The notes under the pieces were generated by a model. The model was not told where the DNA came from. It made no database searches and saw only the letters and a list, made by a program, of their open reading frames with translations. Shown here one piece after another: positions 10,482 through 19,296 of a DNA stretch of 64,000 nucleotides. How positions within the stretch are numbered: position 1 is the stretch's first letter; every line of letters begins with the position of its first letter. The position numbers were made by a program, and so were the translations under genes. Origin of the DNA: a candidate division WOR-3 bacterium (GTDB lineage: Bacteria > Hydrothermota > Hydrothermia > LBFQ01); the NCBI GenBank assembly GCA_027050205.1, contig JALUCS010000093.1, positions 31,282 to 95,281 of the forward strand, written 5' to 3'.

Positions 10482-10664
10482 ATGACTTCACCGAGAAGGA
10501 GACAGTCTGCGACGAGAGGGAGGAAGAGGAGGACCCACTGGAAGGTCAGGAGGCCGGCCCTATCCACGTGTCCCTCCTGCGGCAAGCCCAAGCCTCCCCA
10601 CTTCGCCTGTCCCCACTGTGGGTACTACAAGGGGAGGGTGGCCATAGTGGTTGAGATGAAGTGA
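10482..10664 (+). CDS. rpmF: 50S ribosomal protein L32
   Basis: Basic N-terminus, CPSC...CPHCGYYKG zinc ribbon, GAGGAGGT Shine-Dalgarno, upstream of plsX. Confidence 0.95.
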   Translation: MTSPRRRQSATRGRKRRTHWKVRRPALSTCPSCGKPKPPHFACPHCGYYKGRVAIVVEMK

Positions 10665-11653
10665 TGCGGGTCGCCCTGGACGCCTTCGGTACGGACAACG
10701 CCCCGCTACCGGAGATAAGGGGCGCCCTCAAGGTCTTGGAGGAGGAGAGGGATATAGAGGTAGTTTTGGTGGGCGATGAAAGGATAATAAGGGACCACCT
10801 TGACGAGATTCCTCCCCGCCTGCACGTGGTCCACGCCCCTGACAGGGTCTTCCACCACGATAAACCCTCGGAAGTTTTGAAGAAGCGACCCGAATCCTCC
10901 ATGGCCATCGCTATGGACTTGGTAAGGAAAGGGGAAGCCGACGCCTTCATATCCGCTGGCAACACGGGGGCCGTTATGGCCTTCGCCCTAAGGAAGCTGG
11001 GGAGGATCCGGGGGGTCAGGAGGCCGGCCATCGGCGCCCTCTTCCCGAACATAAACGAAGGGAGGACCCTCGTCCTGGACATGGGGGCCAACATCCACGT
11101 CTCCTCCGACATCCTCGTACAGTTCGGCATAATGGGGGCGGCCTTCTACAACGCTCTCTTCCACCGCCACCCGAGGCTCGCCCTCCTAAACATCGGGGAG
11201 GAGGAGGGGAAAGGGGGGGACGTGATAGTCAAGGCGAGGAGAAAGCTTGAGACGATGGATGCCCACTACCGCTTCGTCGGCTACGTTGAGGGCCACGAGA
11301 TCCTTATGGACAAGGCCGACGTGATAGTTATGGACGGCTTCGTGGGGAACGTCCTCCTGAAGTTCGGAGAGAGCGTCCTAAGTATCATCCTTGAGTTCAT
11401 AAAGAGGGAGGTGAAGGGGAATCCGAGGGCCTTGCTCGGTGCGATGCTGCTGAAACCGGCCTTCAAGGCCGTTCGGAAGAAGGCGGACTTTGAGGAGTAC
11501 GGGGGCGCCCCCTTAATAGGCGTGAACGGTATCGTGATAATAGCCCACGGCCGTTCCTCCGCCCGTGCCATACACAACGCCATCCTCGTCGCCCGTACCC
11601 TCCACAACCACAAGCTCTTAGAGAAGACTCGCAGGTACTTGGAGGAGGCCTAA
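10661..11653 (+). CDS. plsX: Phosphate acyltransferase PlsX
   Basis: ALDAFGTDNAP, SAGNTGA, LDMGAN, LNIGEE and DGFVGN. Confidence 0.95.
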   Translation: MMRVALDAFGTDNAPLPEIRGALKVLEEERDIEVVLVGDERIIRDHLDEIPPRLHVVHAPDRVFHHDKPSEVLKKRPESSMAIAMDLVRKGEADAFISAGNTGAVMAFALRKLGRIRGVRRPAIGALFPNINEGRTLVLDMGANIHVSSDILVQFGIMGAAFYNALFHRHPRLALLNIGEEEGKGGDVIVKARRKLETMDAHYRFVGYVEGHEILMDKADVIVMDGFVGNVLLKFGESVLSIILEFIKREVKGNPRALLGAMLLKPAFKAVRKKADFEEYGGAPLIGVNGIVIIAHGRSSARAIHNAILVARTLHNHKLLEKTRRYLEEA

Positions 11654-12783
11654 CCGGTATATAGGTCCACGAACTGCTCTATCACCCTGTCCCAGGAGAA
11701 GAGGCGGGAGCGGGCGTAGGCCCTCCTACCCATCTCCAACCTCGTACTTTCGTCTAAAAACATCCTTTCTATGGCCTTAGAGAGGGAGAGGGGGTCGTCG
11801 GGGGGAACGAACAGGGCGGTATCCTCCGTTGCCACCTCGTTGTACCCCGGAATGTCCGTTACGACCACTGGCCTACCGCTGGCGAAGGCCTCAAGTATCA
11901 CTATGCCGAAAGCTTCCCCACCCTTGGCGGGGAAGACGGCGAAGTCGGAGGAGGTGTAGAAGCGGGGGAAGTCCGGGTCTCCCATGGGGACGTTATCGTA
12001 GAGGAGGACGTTGCCGTAGGTAGCCTTGGCCTTCAGGACGGAGTCCCTTAGGGGGCCGTTTCCCACTACCACCAACTTGTACCTCTCCCCGAAGCCCTCC
12101 ATCCTCCGGGATAGAATCCCCCACGCCTCTATCAGGGTATCCACCCCCTTACGGGCGTCCAACCTCCCCACGAAAAGGGCGGTCTTCCTACCGTCAATGA
12201 GGTGGGAGAGGGGGGGGAGGTCCGGCCTGAACACCTCCGTATCTACGGCGTTCGGGACCACCTTAACCCCGGATATGCCGAAGAGTTCCTCCATCTCCCT
12301 AGCCGTGGAGCGGGAGGGAGCGGTTAGGGCGTGGTGAAGCCGTACGAGGGGTGATAGGAGCCTGCCGGTTAGCCGGAAGGTGGCGTTTAACTCCATCCTC
12401 TTGCTGTGGAAGGTACCCACCCGCCTTACGGAGGGGGCTATCTTTGAGACGAAGAGGGCGGAGAGCATGGAGTAGGGGGGGCCGAGAGGCCCCTGATTGT
12501 GGAAGACGGTTATCCCGTACCTCCTTATCACCTCCTTGAACTTCCCATAGACCCTGTGGGGGTGGTCCTTTATGAACCACGTAAAACTCCCGTTAGCGAA
12601 GACCTTGCCCACTCCCCCCACCCTCTCAACGGGAAAGGGGGTTTCGGGTATCCCTTCGTATCCCCCCGTCAGGACGACGGTCTCGTACCCCCTGCGGTGG
12701 AGGTGATAGGCCAGCTCGTAGGCAAACTTGGCTACCCCCGTCTTCAGGGGGAGGAAGCTCTCGGAGAATATGAGGACCCTCAT
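11650..12783 (-). CDS. GT4 glycosyltransferase (PimA-like)
   Basis: FVGRLDARKG and EAFGIVILEAFASG motifs. Confidence 0.9.
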   Translation of the reverse strand: MRVLIFSESFLPLKTGVAKFAYELAYHLHRRGYETVVLTGGYEGIPETPFPVERVGGVGKVFANGSFTWFIKDHPHRVYGKFKEVIRRYGITVFHNQGPLGPPYSMLSALFVSKIAPSVRRVGTFHSKRMELNATFRLTGRLLSPLVRLHHALTAPSRSTAREMEELFGISGVKVVPNAVDTEVFRPDLPPLSHLIDGRKTALFVGRLDARKGVDTLIEAWGILSRRMEGFGERYKLVVVGNGPLRDSVLKAKATYGNVLLYDNVPMGDPDFPRFYTSSDFAVFPAKGGEAFGIVILEAFASGRPVVVTDIPGYNEVATEDTALFVPPDDPLSLSKAIERMFLDESTRLEMGRRAYARSRLFSWDRVIEQFVDLYTG

Positions 12784-13118
12784 TCGGAGCCGGGGAGGAG
12801 GCGGTTAGGGAGGTTGCCAGATAGGACGTGGATATGTACGTGCATCACCGTTTGGCCCACGGAGGCACCGTTCTTATTGACCACCCTGAAGGAGTCCAGG
12901 TTAAACATCCGGGCTACCTCGCGGATGGCCTTGAATAGCTCGTAGGCCGTCTGCTCGTCCTCTATCTCGTCAAGCCTCTCGTAATGCTCCTTCGGTATTA
13001 CGAGGATATGCACATCGGCCTCCGGGCGTATGGTGTGGAAGGCTATCACCTTCTCGCTCTCGTATACAACGCGGGCCTTCTCCTCTCCCTTCGCTATGCG
13101 GCAGAAGACGCACTCCAT
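12780..13118 (-). CDS. HIT family nucleotide-binding protein
   Basis: CVFC N-terminus and HVHIH triad. Start moved to ATG 13118, 8 nt after TACAAT. Confidence 0.92.
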   Translation of the reverse strand: MECVFCRIAKGEEKARVVYESEKVIAFHTIRPEADVHILVIPKEHYERLDEIEDEQTAYELFKAIREVARMFNLDSFRVVNKNGASVGQTVMHVHIHVLSGNLPNRLLPGSE

Positions 13119-13190
13119 CGCCCGGAATTGTAAGCCGGATAAAGGCCCCACCACACCCACCTTTCCACCGTATAATATCAACCTCTAACT

Positions 13191-13264
13191 GGGCGCGTAG
13201 CTCAGGCGGTTAGAGCGCTCGTTTGACATGCGAGAGGTCGGAGGTTCGACTCCTCCCGCGCCCA
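13191..13264 (+). tRNA. tRNA-Val(GAC)
   Basis: GGGCGCGTAGCTCAG...CTCGT-TTGACAT-GCGAG...GGTTCGACTCC...GCGCCCA. TATAAT at 13171. No encoded CCA. Confidence 0.97.
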
Positions 13265-13266
13265 CT

Positions 13267-13289
13267 TGGGCCGAAAGGCCCATTTTTTT
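13267..13289 (+). terminator. Intrinsic terminator after tRNA-Val
   Basis: TGGGCC-GAAA-GGCCCA hairpin followed by T7. Confidence 0.85.
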
Positions 13290-13310
13290 GTTGGTGGAGC
13301 ATAGGAGATG

Positions 13311-13395
13311 CCTTCCAAAATCCGCAAATGGGATTGTAAGAATCTTGAAGTACAACTTACGGTTTATTGAGGTCTGATTTTCAGCTTTTGAAAGG
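13311..13395 (+). repeat. Dispersed element A, full copy (85 bp, terminal inverted repeats)
   Basis: CCTTCCAAAATCCGCAAATGGGATTGTAAGAATCTTGAAG...TCAGCTTTTGAAAGG. The ends are 9/10 inverted repeats. Confidence 0.85.
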
Positions 13396-13985
13396 ACAGA
13401 CGATCTTCACATCCCTCCCGGATACAACTTCAGGCGATGGACCCTCCATCGGTATAGGTCGCTTCCCAGTATTCGGCGACTTTGACAACGGCCCCCGATG
13501 ATCCGCCGAAACGGAATTCTCCGTATGATAGGTGCCAAAATCCCAAATCCCGATGAGCGATCTCCCTAAACCCGGCTTCAACTCTCCGGGGTAGGACCCG
13601 GCAATAAACTTCAAAATCTTGCCATCAGCTTGCAGTAATCCCAAAGCGCGATTGTCAGCTTTTCAACTTTTGAAGGTGCGAACGGGAGGAGTACCTGTCG
13701 GCGTAGTGCCGAATTCTTTGACGGAGATTGCGGGAATTTTGAAACGCAATTAATATTTTTTAAAGTCAATTTTGCGGTTTTTAAAACATACCCAAACATC
13801 CATTCATCTTTAATTCACCAAAAGTGCGAGTCTTTACCGATACTACTCAAAATTTGACATCAGGCGTAATACCAACGGGGAGAGCCTATCCAATTGAGGG
13901 CATTCTGTGGATGGGGTGATATCCATCCTAAGGGAGTCGGCGGTATGAAATTCTCCATATCACAGGAGGGAGGTTTTCCCTGGTC

Positions 13986-14073
13986 CCTTTCAAAATCCGT
14001 TAATGGGAGTATAGGAATCTTGAGGTCCGACTATCATCAAGTTTCCTAAAGTCTGACTTTCAGTTTTTGAAGG
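13986..14073 (+). repeat. Dispersed element A, full copy
   Basis: CCTTTCAAAATCCGTTAATGGGAGTATAGGAATCTTGAGG...CTGACTTTCAGTTTTTGAAGG. Confidence 0.85.
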
Positions 14074-14375
14074 TGCGGTTGGGGTGATGTCGGGTGGAAG
14101 GTAGGCTATCCCTCACCTTCCCGTCCAAAGGTGGGCCGTCCGTTCAAAATTGGCCATAAGGAGTACAAGGACGTTATCAGTGAAATACCGGACGGAGCAT
14201 CACCCTATCGGTGCAATGCCAAATTGAGTTCAAAATTGAGATTTTGCAGAGCAACCAGTAGGCGGAAGGATCCTTCCCACCCCAAACCCTTCAAGGGTAG
14301 TGCAACGTCAGGTATCGGACCGAGAACTTGAGGTGAGACTTACCGACGCCCTCGCCCATCAAGGCCAATGGAACC

Positions 14376-15110
14376 CTATCCCAGGTCCCTCCTCATCTCC
14401 GACCATCCGGCCGTAGCCCTATCCCGTGGGAGGTACAGGACCTTCGTCGGCCTTATATCTACCCCGTAGTCCCGCAGTATCCTGTCCCTTACCTCCTTTA
14501 TCCTCCAGAAGAAGAGTAGCCTCCCGCCATGGGGGGCCGTGGTCCATCTGCCGAGCCGGAGGGGTACCTCCCATTCCTTCACCTCGTTTAGGAGGTTCCC
14601 GTAGAACTCACCGAGGACGGGGTTGTCCCTAAGGAAACCCTGCTCCATCCTTATCAGGGCCTCCGTGAAGGACCTACCCGCATACTTAAGCCTCTCCCAA
14701 GCCTCTGCTTCCACCTCAACTGGTACTTCCAACGTGCCGTAGAAGGCCTCGGTACGGAAGTCCCGAACATCGTACCCTTTCTTCAGGTCTAAGACCTCCA
14801 CCACCACCTTGGAAAGCCCCTCTTCGGGTAGGGGGATACGCTCCGGGACACGTAAGCCCTTCAGTATCGGATACCTCTCAAACACCATTCCGTATACCCG
14901 TTCCGCGAGGGCTTCCATCTCCAACTTCCCGCCGGTCAGGTACCTTCTAACCGCCGCCTCAAGGCTACCGTCCTTCTTAACGAAGTAGAAGACGACGGCG
15001 TCCTTTACAGCCTCCGTCAGGTAATCGCCGGGTACGTAGGGCCTACCGTCCTCGTCCCGTGGGAACGCTCGCCCCTTTGATAGGATCCTCGTCCAAGTCA
15101 GCAGGAACAC
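14376..15110 (-). CDS. Stand-alone Csm5-like (Cas7-group RAMP) protein
   Basis: FPRDEDGRPYVPGDYLTEAVKDA resembles the Csm5 motif F-x-x-D-x-x-G-x-PYIPGSSLKGA. LRLG...HGG loop and a C-terminal P...GW-x-E also match. Own -10 box TACAAT 6 nt before GTG. Confidence 0.6.
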   Translation of the reverse strand: MFLLTWTRILSKGRAFPRDEDGRPYVPGDYLTEAVKDAVVFYFVKKDGSLEAAVRRYLTGGKLEMEALAERVYGMVFERYPILKGLRVPERIPLPEEGLSKVVVEVLDLKKGYDVRDFRTEAFYGTLEVPVEVEAEAWERLKYAGRSFTEALIRMEQGFLRDNPVLGEFYGNLLNEVKEWEVPLRLGRWTTAPHGGRLLFFWRIKEVRDRILRDYGVDIRPTKVLYLPRDRATAGWSEMRRDLG

Positions 15111-15184
15111 GAACGTATTGTAAGGCCGAAATTATGTGAGATTTTACTGCGAATGTTTGGGCGTAGGGTGGGTAGTCCTGTGAT

Positions 15185-15269
15185 GGGAAGTTTATAAGAA
15201 AGTTTAAGAAAATTTGCATAAATTTTGTCATAAAATTTAAGAATTCTTTCCGTACTCGTAGGGAAGTTT
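15185..15269. other. AT-rich block upstream of dnaA (candidate oriC unwinding element)
   Basis: Periodic TTT(A)TAAGAA / TTTGCATAAA units bracketed by two GGGAAGTTT direct repeats (15185 and 15261), next to dnaA. Confidence 0.4.
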
Positions 15270-15438
15270 GGCCCTTAGCACGGAGACCGTAGGCGGTGGT
15301 CAATTTCCCTCTCTTCCGTACGCCTCCGTTTCACCCCTCAAGTGGTTCAATTTTCGCATAAGCTGTATGGAGTTAGGCTCCTCCGTAGGTTTCCGCTCCC
15401 TCATCCCTGCGTTCCATCCGCAGGATAATATCCAACCC

Positions 15439-16599
15439 TTGGATAGGACCCTAGTCGGCCTCCTGAAACTGCACAAGTTGGGTTCGCTCCTCGCTTTCGT
15501 GGACGGGGTGGAGGAGAGGGGAAACAGCATAGTCCTGAAGTGTAGGAACGAGATCCTAGCCCGCCTCCTGCAGGAGAGGTTTGCCAACCATATACGGGAC
15601 GTAGAAGCGAGGCTCGGTATAAAGGTGGTGCTAACCTACCCACAGGGGGGGAAGAAGGTCTTCCGGGAGACCTTTGACAACTTCTTCTACGGTAAGGAAA
15701 ACGAGTTCACGGTGGCGGCCCTGCGGAGCGTCGCCCTCGGCGGAGGTTTGGCTTCCTCCGTCTTCTTAACCGCCGAGGCTGGCATGGGCAAGACCCACCT
15801 CCTCAAGGCTACGGCTAACCTCGCCCAGTTCGCCGGTAGGAAGGCCGTATATCTCACCGCCGGCAAGATCATGGAGCGACTGGTGGGGGCTTACAGGAGC
15901 GGTGGGAGGCCGGACTTCTCCAACCTCAAGGATGCCGAGGTCGTCCTGATAGACGACGTCCATACCCTCAAGGGCAAGGTCTTCGCCTTGGAGTTCCTAT
16001 CCCGCCTTATGGATAGGGCCAACTCAACGGGGAGGACGGTGGTCATGGCCTCGGAGATCGGGCCGAAAGGCTTCCGCAAGCCCAAATCCTTCCGCAACAG
16101 GCTTATGTCCAACCTCGTCCTCAAGATCCACCCGTACCCTGCTGCCGTACGGAGGAGGATCCTCCACGCCCGGTTGTCTCTCCACGGGGTGTCCCTACCT
16201 CCGGATTACGAGGGCTACGTCCTTGAGAGGGTCCATAACCCCCGCGCCCTCCTAGGGGTCGCCGTCAGGGTTAGGGCGCATACCGATATTTACGGGACGC
16301 TTCCGGACTTTACCACCTTCCGCAACCTCATATCCGACCTCACCGACGACGATGGAGAGGACGTCTTTTCCCTCTTCGGTGTCAGGGATACCCGGAGGAA
16401 GGGGGCCAACTTCTACCTCGCCGTATATGCTATGAGACTCCTCGGTTTCAAGGCGACGGAGATAGCAGAGAGGGTCGGATGCTCAAGGGCGAGCGTGTAT
16501 AACTACATAAAGCGGGCGAAGGCGATCCTCAAGAACGACCCCGATAAGGCGGAGGAGTTCAACGGTAAGCTGAAGGTGCTTCGGAGGGACCTCCTGTAG
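15439..16599 (+). CDS. dnaA: Divergent chromosomal replication initiator DnaA
   Basis: TFDNFFYGKEN, Walker A GMGKTHLL, Walker B VLIDDVH and a C-terminal HTH. Start placed at TTG 15439, 7 nt after TAATAT; alternatives are 15367 and 15268. Confidence 0.75.
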   Translation: MDRTLVGLLKLHKLGSLLAFVDGVEERGNSIVLKCRNEILARLLQERFANHIRDVEARLGIKVVLTYPQGGKKVFRETFDNFFYGKENEFTVAALRSVALGGGLASSVFLTAEAGMGKTHLLKATANLAQFAGRKAVYLTAGKIMERLVGAYRSGGRPDFSNLKDAEVVLIDDVHTLKGKVFALEFLSRLMDRANSTGRTVVMASEIGPKGFRKPKSFRNRLMSNLVLKIHPYPAAVRRRILHARLSLHGVSLPPDYEGYVLERVHNPRALLGVAVRVRAHTDIYGTLPDFTTFRNLISDLTDDDGEDVFSLFGVRDTRRKGANFYLAVYAMRLLGFKATEIAERVGCSRASVYNYIKRAKAILKNDPDKAEEFNGKLKVLRRDLL

Positions 16600-16608
16600 A
16601 ATGCCCAC

Positions 16609-17391
16609 TTGAAGAGGCTGACGGCCGAGGATTTGAAGTCCTACGATGCCATCGTGTGCGATCTGGACGGTGTCATATACAGGGGTAGGCGGGTGATAGA
16701 GGGGAACGTCTCAGTCCTCCTCCGGCTCCAGAGAGAGGGGAAGGTAGTCCGGTTCCTAACCAACAACTCCACCCGCACGCCGGAACATTACGTAGAGAGG
16801 TTGAGGAGCCTCGGTTTTGCCGTAGGGGAGGGGGACGTCATCACGAGCGGTCTGGCTACGGGTATGTACCTCAAGGAGGAGGGGATCTCCAGCGCCTACG
16901 TCGTCGGTTCCCCCGCCCTTAGGGAGGTTTTGAGGCGGTACGGTGTGAGGTTTTCCCCCAAGGGGGCGGAGGTAGTGGTCGTGGGTATGGATCCGCGTTT
17001 CAACTACCGAAAGCTTCGCCGGGCAGCATCCCTCGTGTACTCCGGTGTGAGGTTCGTCGCCACCAACCCCGATACCTCCCTCCCCGTTGAGAACGGTGTC
17101 CTCCCCGGTGCCGGGTCCATGGTGGCGGCTATATCGGCCGCGGCGGGCAGGAATCCCGACGTCATCGTTGGAAAGCCCAACCCGACCATATTCCGTATGG
17201 CTACGAGGGACCTAAAGGAAAAGAGGGTTCTCTTCGTAGGGGACAGGTTGAACACGGACATACTCGGCGGGAACCGGGCCGGCTTGGATACCCTCCTCGT
17301 CCTCACCGGGGTCCACGGCTTAGAGGACGTAGAGCGTCTGGGCATAATCCCCACCTACTACGCCCCCTCCCTCTCCTCCGTACTCAACTGA
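16609..17391 (+). CDS. HAD-IIA hydrolase (NagD-like)
   Basis: DLDGV, LTNNS, GKP and GDRLNTDI. Confidence 0.92.
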   Translation: MKRLTAEDLKSYDAIVCDLDGVIYRGRRVIEGNVSVLLRLQREGKVVRFLTNNSTRTPEHYVERLRSLGFAVGEGDVITSGLATGMYLKEEGISSAYVVGSPALREVLRRYGVRFSPKGAEVVVVGMDPRFNYRKLRRAASLVYSGVRFVATNPDTSLPVENGVLPGAGSMVAAISAAAGRNPDVIVGKPNPTIFRMATRDLKEKRVLFVGDRLNTDILGGNRAGLDTLLVLTGVHGLEDVERLGIIPTYYAPSLSSVLN

Positions 17392-17392
17392 C

Positions 17393-18334
17393 TCACCTTA
17401 TCCCACGCTTCTTCAGTTTCCCCCTCAGCTCCTTTACCTCCCTCTGCCTGTACCGGTCCTTCTCGGCGTTTAGGTACCAGAGGGCCTTATACCACGTACG
17501 GCGGGCCTCCTTCTCCTTTCCGGCTCCATACAGGCTCTCCCCCATGTAGTACAGGGTTTCGGCAACGCACACCTTACAGCCGGGGTTCCTCCGCTTTATG
17601 TCCCGCCTTATCTCGTCGTAGGTCCTGTAGGCCTCGTTATACATACCGGCCTTGAGGTAGGCCTCGGCGAGGATCCACCGAAAGGTGCGGCTCTGCGGGT
17701 ACATGGAGAGGGCCTTAAGGCCGTACTTTATGGCCTTACCCGGCTTGTTGTCAAAGATATACACGTAGACGAGGCCGGCGTAGGCGAGGGGTCTGGCCAG
17801 CACCCCCCGCTTCAGGACGACCTTTATCTTCCCTATCCCCTTACGCTTACGGGAGGAGGAGCGGGTCAGGTACCCGATGGCGTAGTCGTAAAGGCCTATA
17901 GGGAGAAGGGCGTCGTAGACGGTGGTGTCCTCACGGTAGGCCTCCCTGTAGAGGTTGAAGGCCTTGTTTCCGAGGGCGAGAGCCTTCGGGATGTCCCTCC
18001 TCCGGCCGTAGAAGACGGCCCCCATAGCCATGGTCGTGGCCAGGAGCATCTTCTCGCGGGTACTCTTGCGGGGTTTCCTCCCGTAGGCCGATATGAGGGA
18101 GTCCATCAGGGAGACGAACTCCCCGTAGCGGTAGTCGGTGTCGTTGTCGGCCATGTAGAGCTGGAGGTAGGCCAGTTTCAGGACGGACCACAGGAAGGGG
18201 TCCATCTTTCCCTTTAACGCCTTCAGGGACCTCTCAAAATCGGCGAACCTCTCCGTGTATAGGAGATGGGAGAGGGAGTCTATCGCCTTAACCTCGGCTC
18301 CCGTCAGGACGTAGGCCACCAGGAACATGCTCAC
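17393..18334 (-). CDS. TPR-repeat protein
   Basis: Helical TPR-like repeats (LAEAYLKAGMYNEA, YMGESLYGAG). Confidence 0.65.
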   Translation of the reverse strand: MSMFLVAYVLTGAEVKAIDSLSHLLYTERFADFERSLKALKGKMDPFLWSVLKLAYLQLYMADNDTDYRYGEFVSLMDSLISAYGRKPRKSTREKMLLATTMAMGAVFYGRRRDIPKALALGNKAFNLYREAYREDTTVYDALLPIGLYDYAIGYLTRSSSRKRKGIGKIKVVLKRGVLARPLAYAGLVYVYIFDNKPGKAIKYGLKALSMYPQSRTFRWILAEAYLKAGMYNEAYRTYDEIRRDIKRRNPGCKVCVAETLYYMGESLYGAGKEKEARRTWYKALWYLNAEKDRYRQREVKELRGKLKKRGIR

Positions 18335-19278
18335 CTTCCGGTAAGGGAGGGGTAGTCCAGGTTGAAGCGGAGGCGGTAATACACCTTGAGGGCGATTAAG
18401 ACGATAACGGCGGGGATGAGGAAGGGCGGGTACTTCACTATCAGGGCGAGGACGAAGGCGACCCCCGAAACCCTGTAGGCCAGCTTTATGCTGAACTCGT
18501 CCCCCCTTACGGCCCCGTAGGAGTAGAAGGGTAGGGAGATCGCTCCCACGACCAGCATGAAGGGGTTGTACCGGGGCCAGAGGGAGAAGAGGACGGTCAG
18601 GAGGACGAAGAGGGCGCCGAGGACAGCCGTCGGACGCTCTCCGAGGAGGACACCGGTGGTTATCAGGCCGGCCCTCCGGTCTCCGGGGATATCCGGTACG
18701 GTGGTGTTGAGGTAGAGGGCGGAGACGGCGAAGAAGTAGGGGAGGGTGGCCCTTATGCCTTCGTAGATCCCCCCGCCCCCGGAGACGTAGCCAGCGGCAA
18801 CGTTGAGGACGGCGTAGCCGACGGCGTTGGAGAGCATGTCAAGGAAGGGCCTCCCCTTGAACCGGAAGGGGGGGAGGGAGTAGAGGGTACCGACCACCGT
18901 CCCTAAGACGAGGAGGAGGAGGAAGTCCCTTCCGACGAGGGCGCCGAAGAGGAAGGAGAGGAGGAGGAGGAGGAGAGAGAAGGTGTAGGCCTCGCCGACG
19001 GATATGTGGCCGTCGGCTATCAGGAAGAGCTTGCGGTTGAGCCTGTCGCTCTCCCTGTCGTATATCTGGTTGAGGACGTAGATGTACGCGCTTATGAAGG
19101 TGGTGGCCAGGAAGCCGTACCAGAAGGTGGGCCAGGGCGGTACCTCAAGGACGGGACGGAGGTCCCCCATGTAGCCGCGGGCGTGGAGGTATCCGAGGAC
19201 GAAGAACCCCCAGCCGGGCAGAATGAGGGTGGGCCTCGTCAGGAAGACGAAGTCTATGGCCTTCCGTAGCACGGACAC
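18331..19278 (-). CDS. UbiA prenyltransferase family
   Basis: NQIYDRESDRLN and DIPGD aspartate motifs with multiple TM helices. True start may be GTG 19272. Confidence 0.88.
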   Translation of the reverse strand: MSVLRKAIDFVFLTRPTLILPGWGFFVLGYLHARGYMGDLRPVLEVPPWPTFWYGFLATTFISAYIYVLNQIYDRESDRLNRKLFLIADGHISVGEAYTFSLLLLLLSFLFGALVGRDFLLLLVLGTVVGTLYSLPPFRFKGRPFLDMLSNAVGYAVLNVAAGYVSGGGGIYEGIRATLPYFFAVSALYLNTTVPDIPGDRRAGLITTGVLLGERPTAVLGALFVLLTVLFSLWPRYNPFMLVVGAISLPFYSYGAVRGDEFSIKLAYRVSGVAFVLALIVKYPPFLIPAVIVLIALKVYYRLRFNLDYPSLTGR

Positions 19279-19296
19279 CCGATTCTAAGGCGGACT

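Noticed and set aside
5947..13264. Prophage or integrative element at the tRNAs
   Set aside because: No integrase, phage genes or duplicated tRNA 3' ends were found in the window.
13311..14073. Integron attC sites
   Set aside because: The ends are not RYYYAAC/GTTRRRY, there is no integrase and there is no cassette array.
13290..14375. CRISPR array next to the Csm5-like gene
   Set aside because: The repeats are degenerate, hundreds of bp apart and followed by conserved rather than unique sequence. There is no regular repeat-spacer period.
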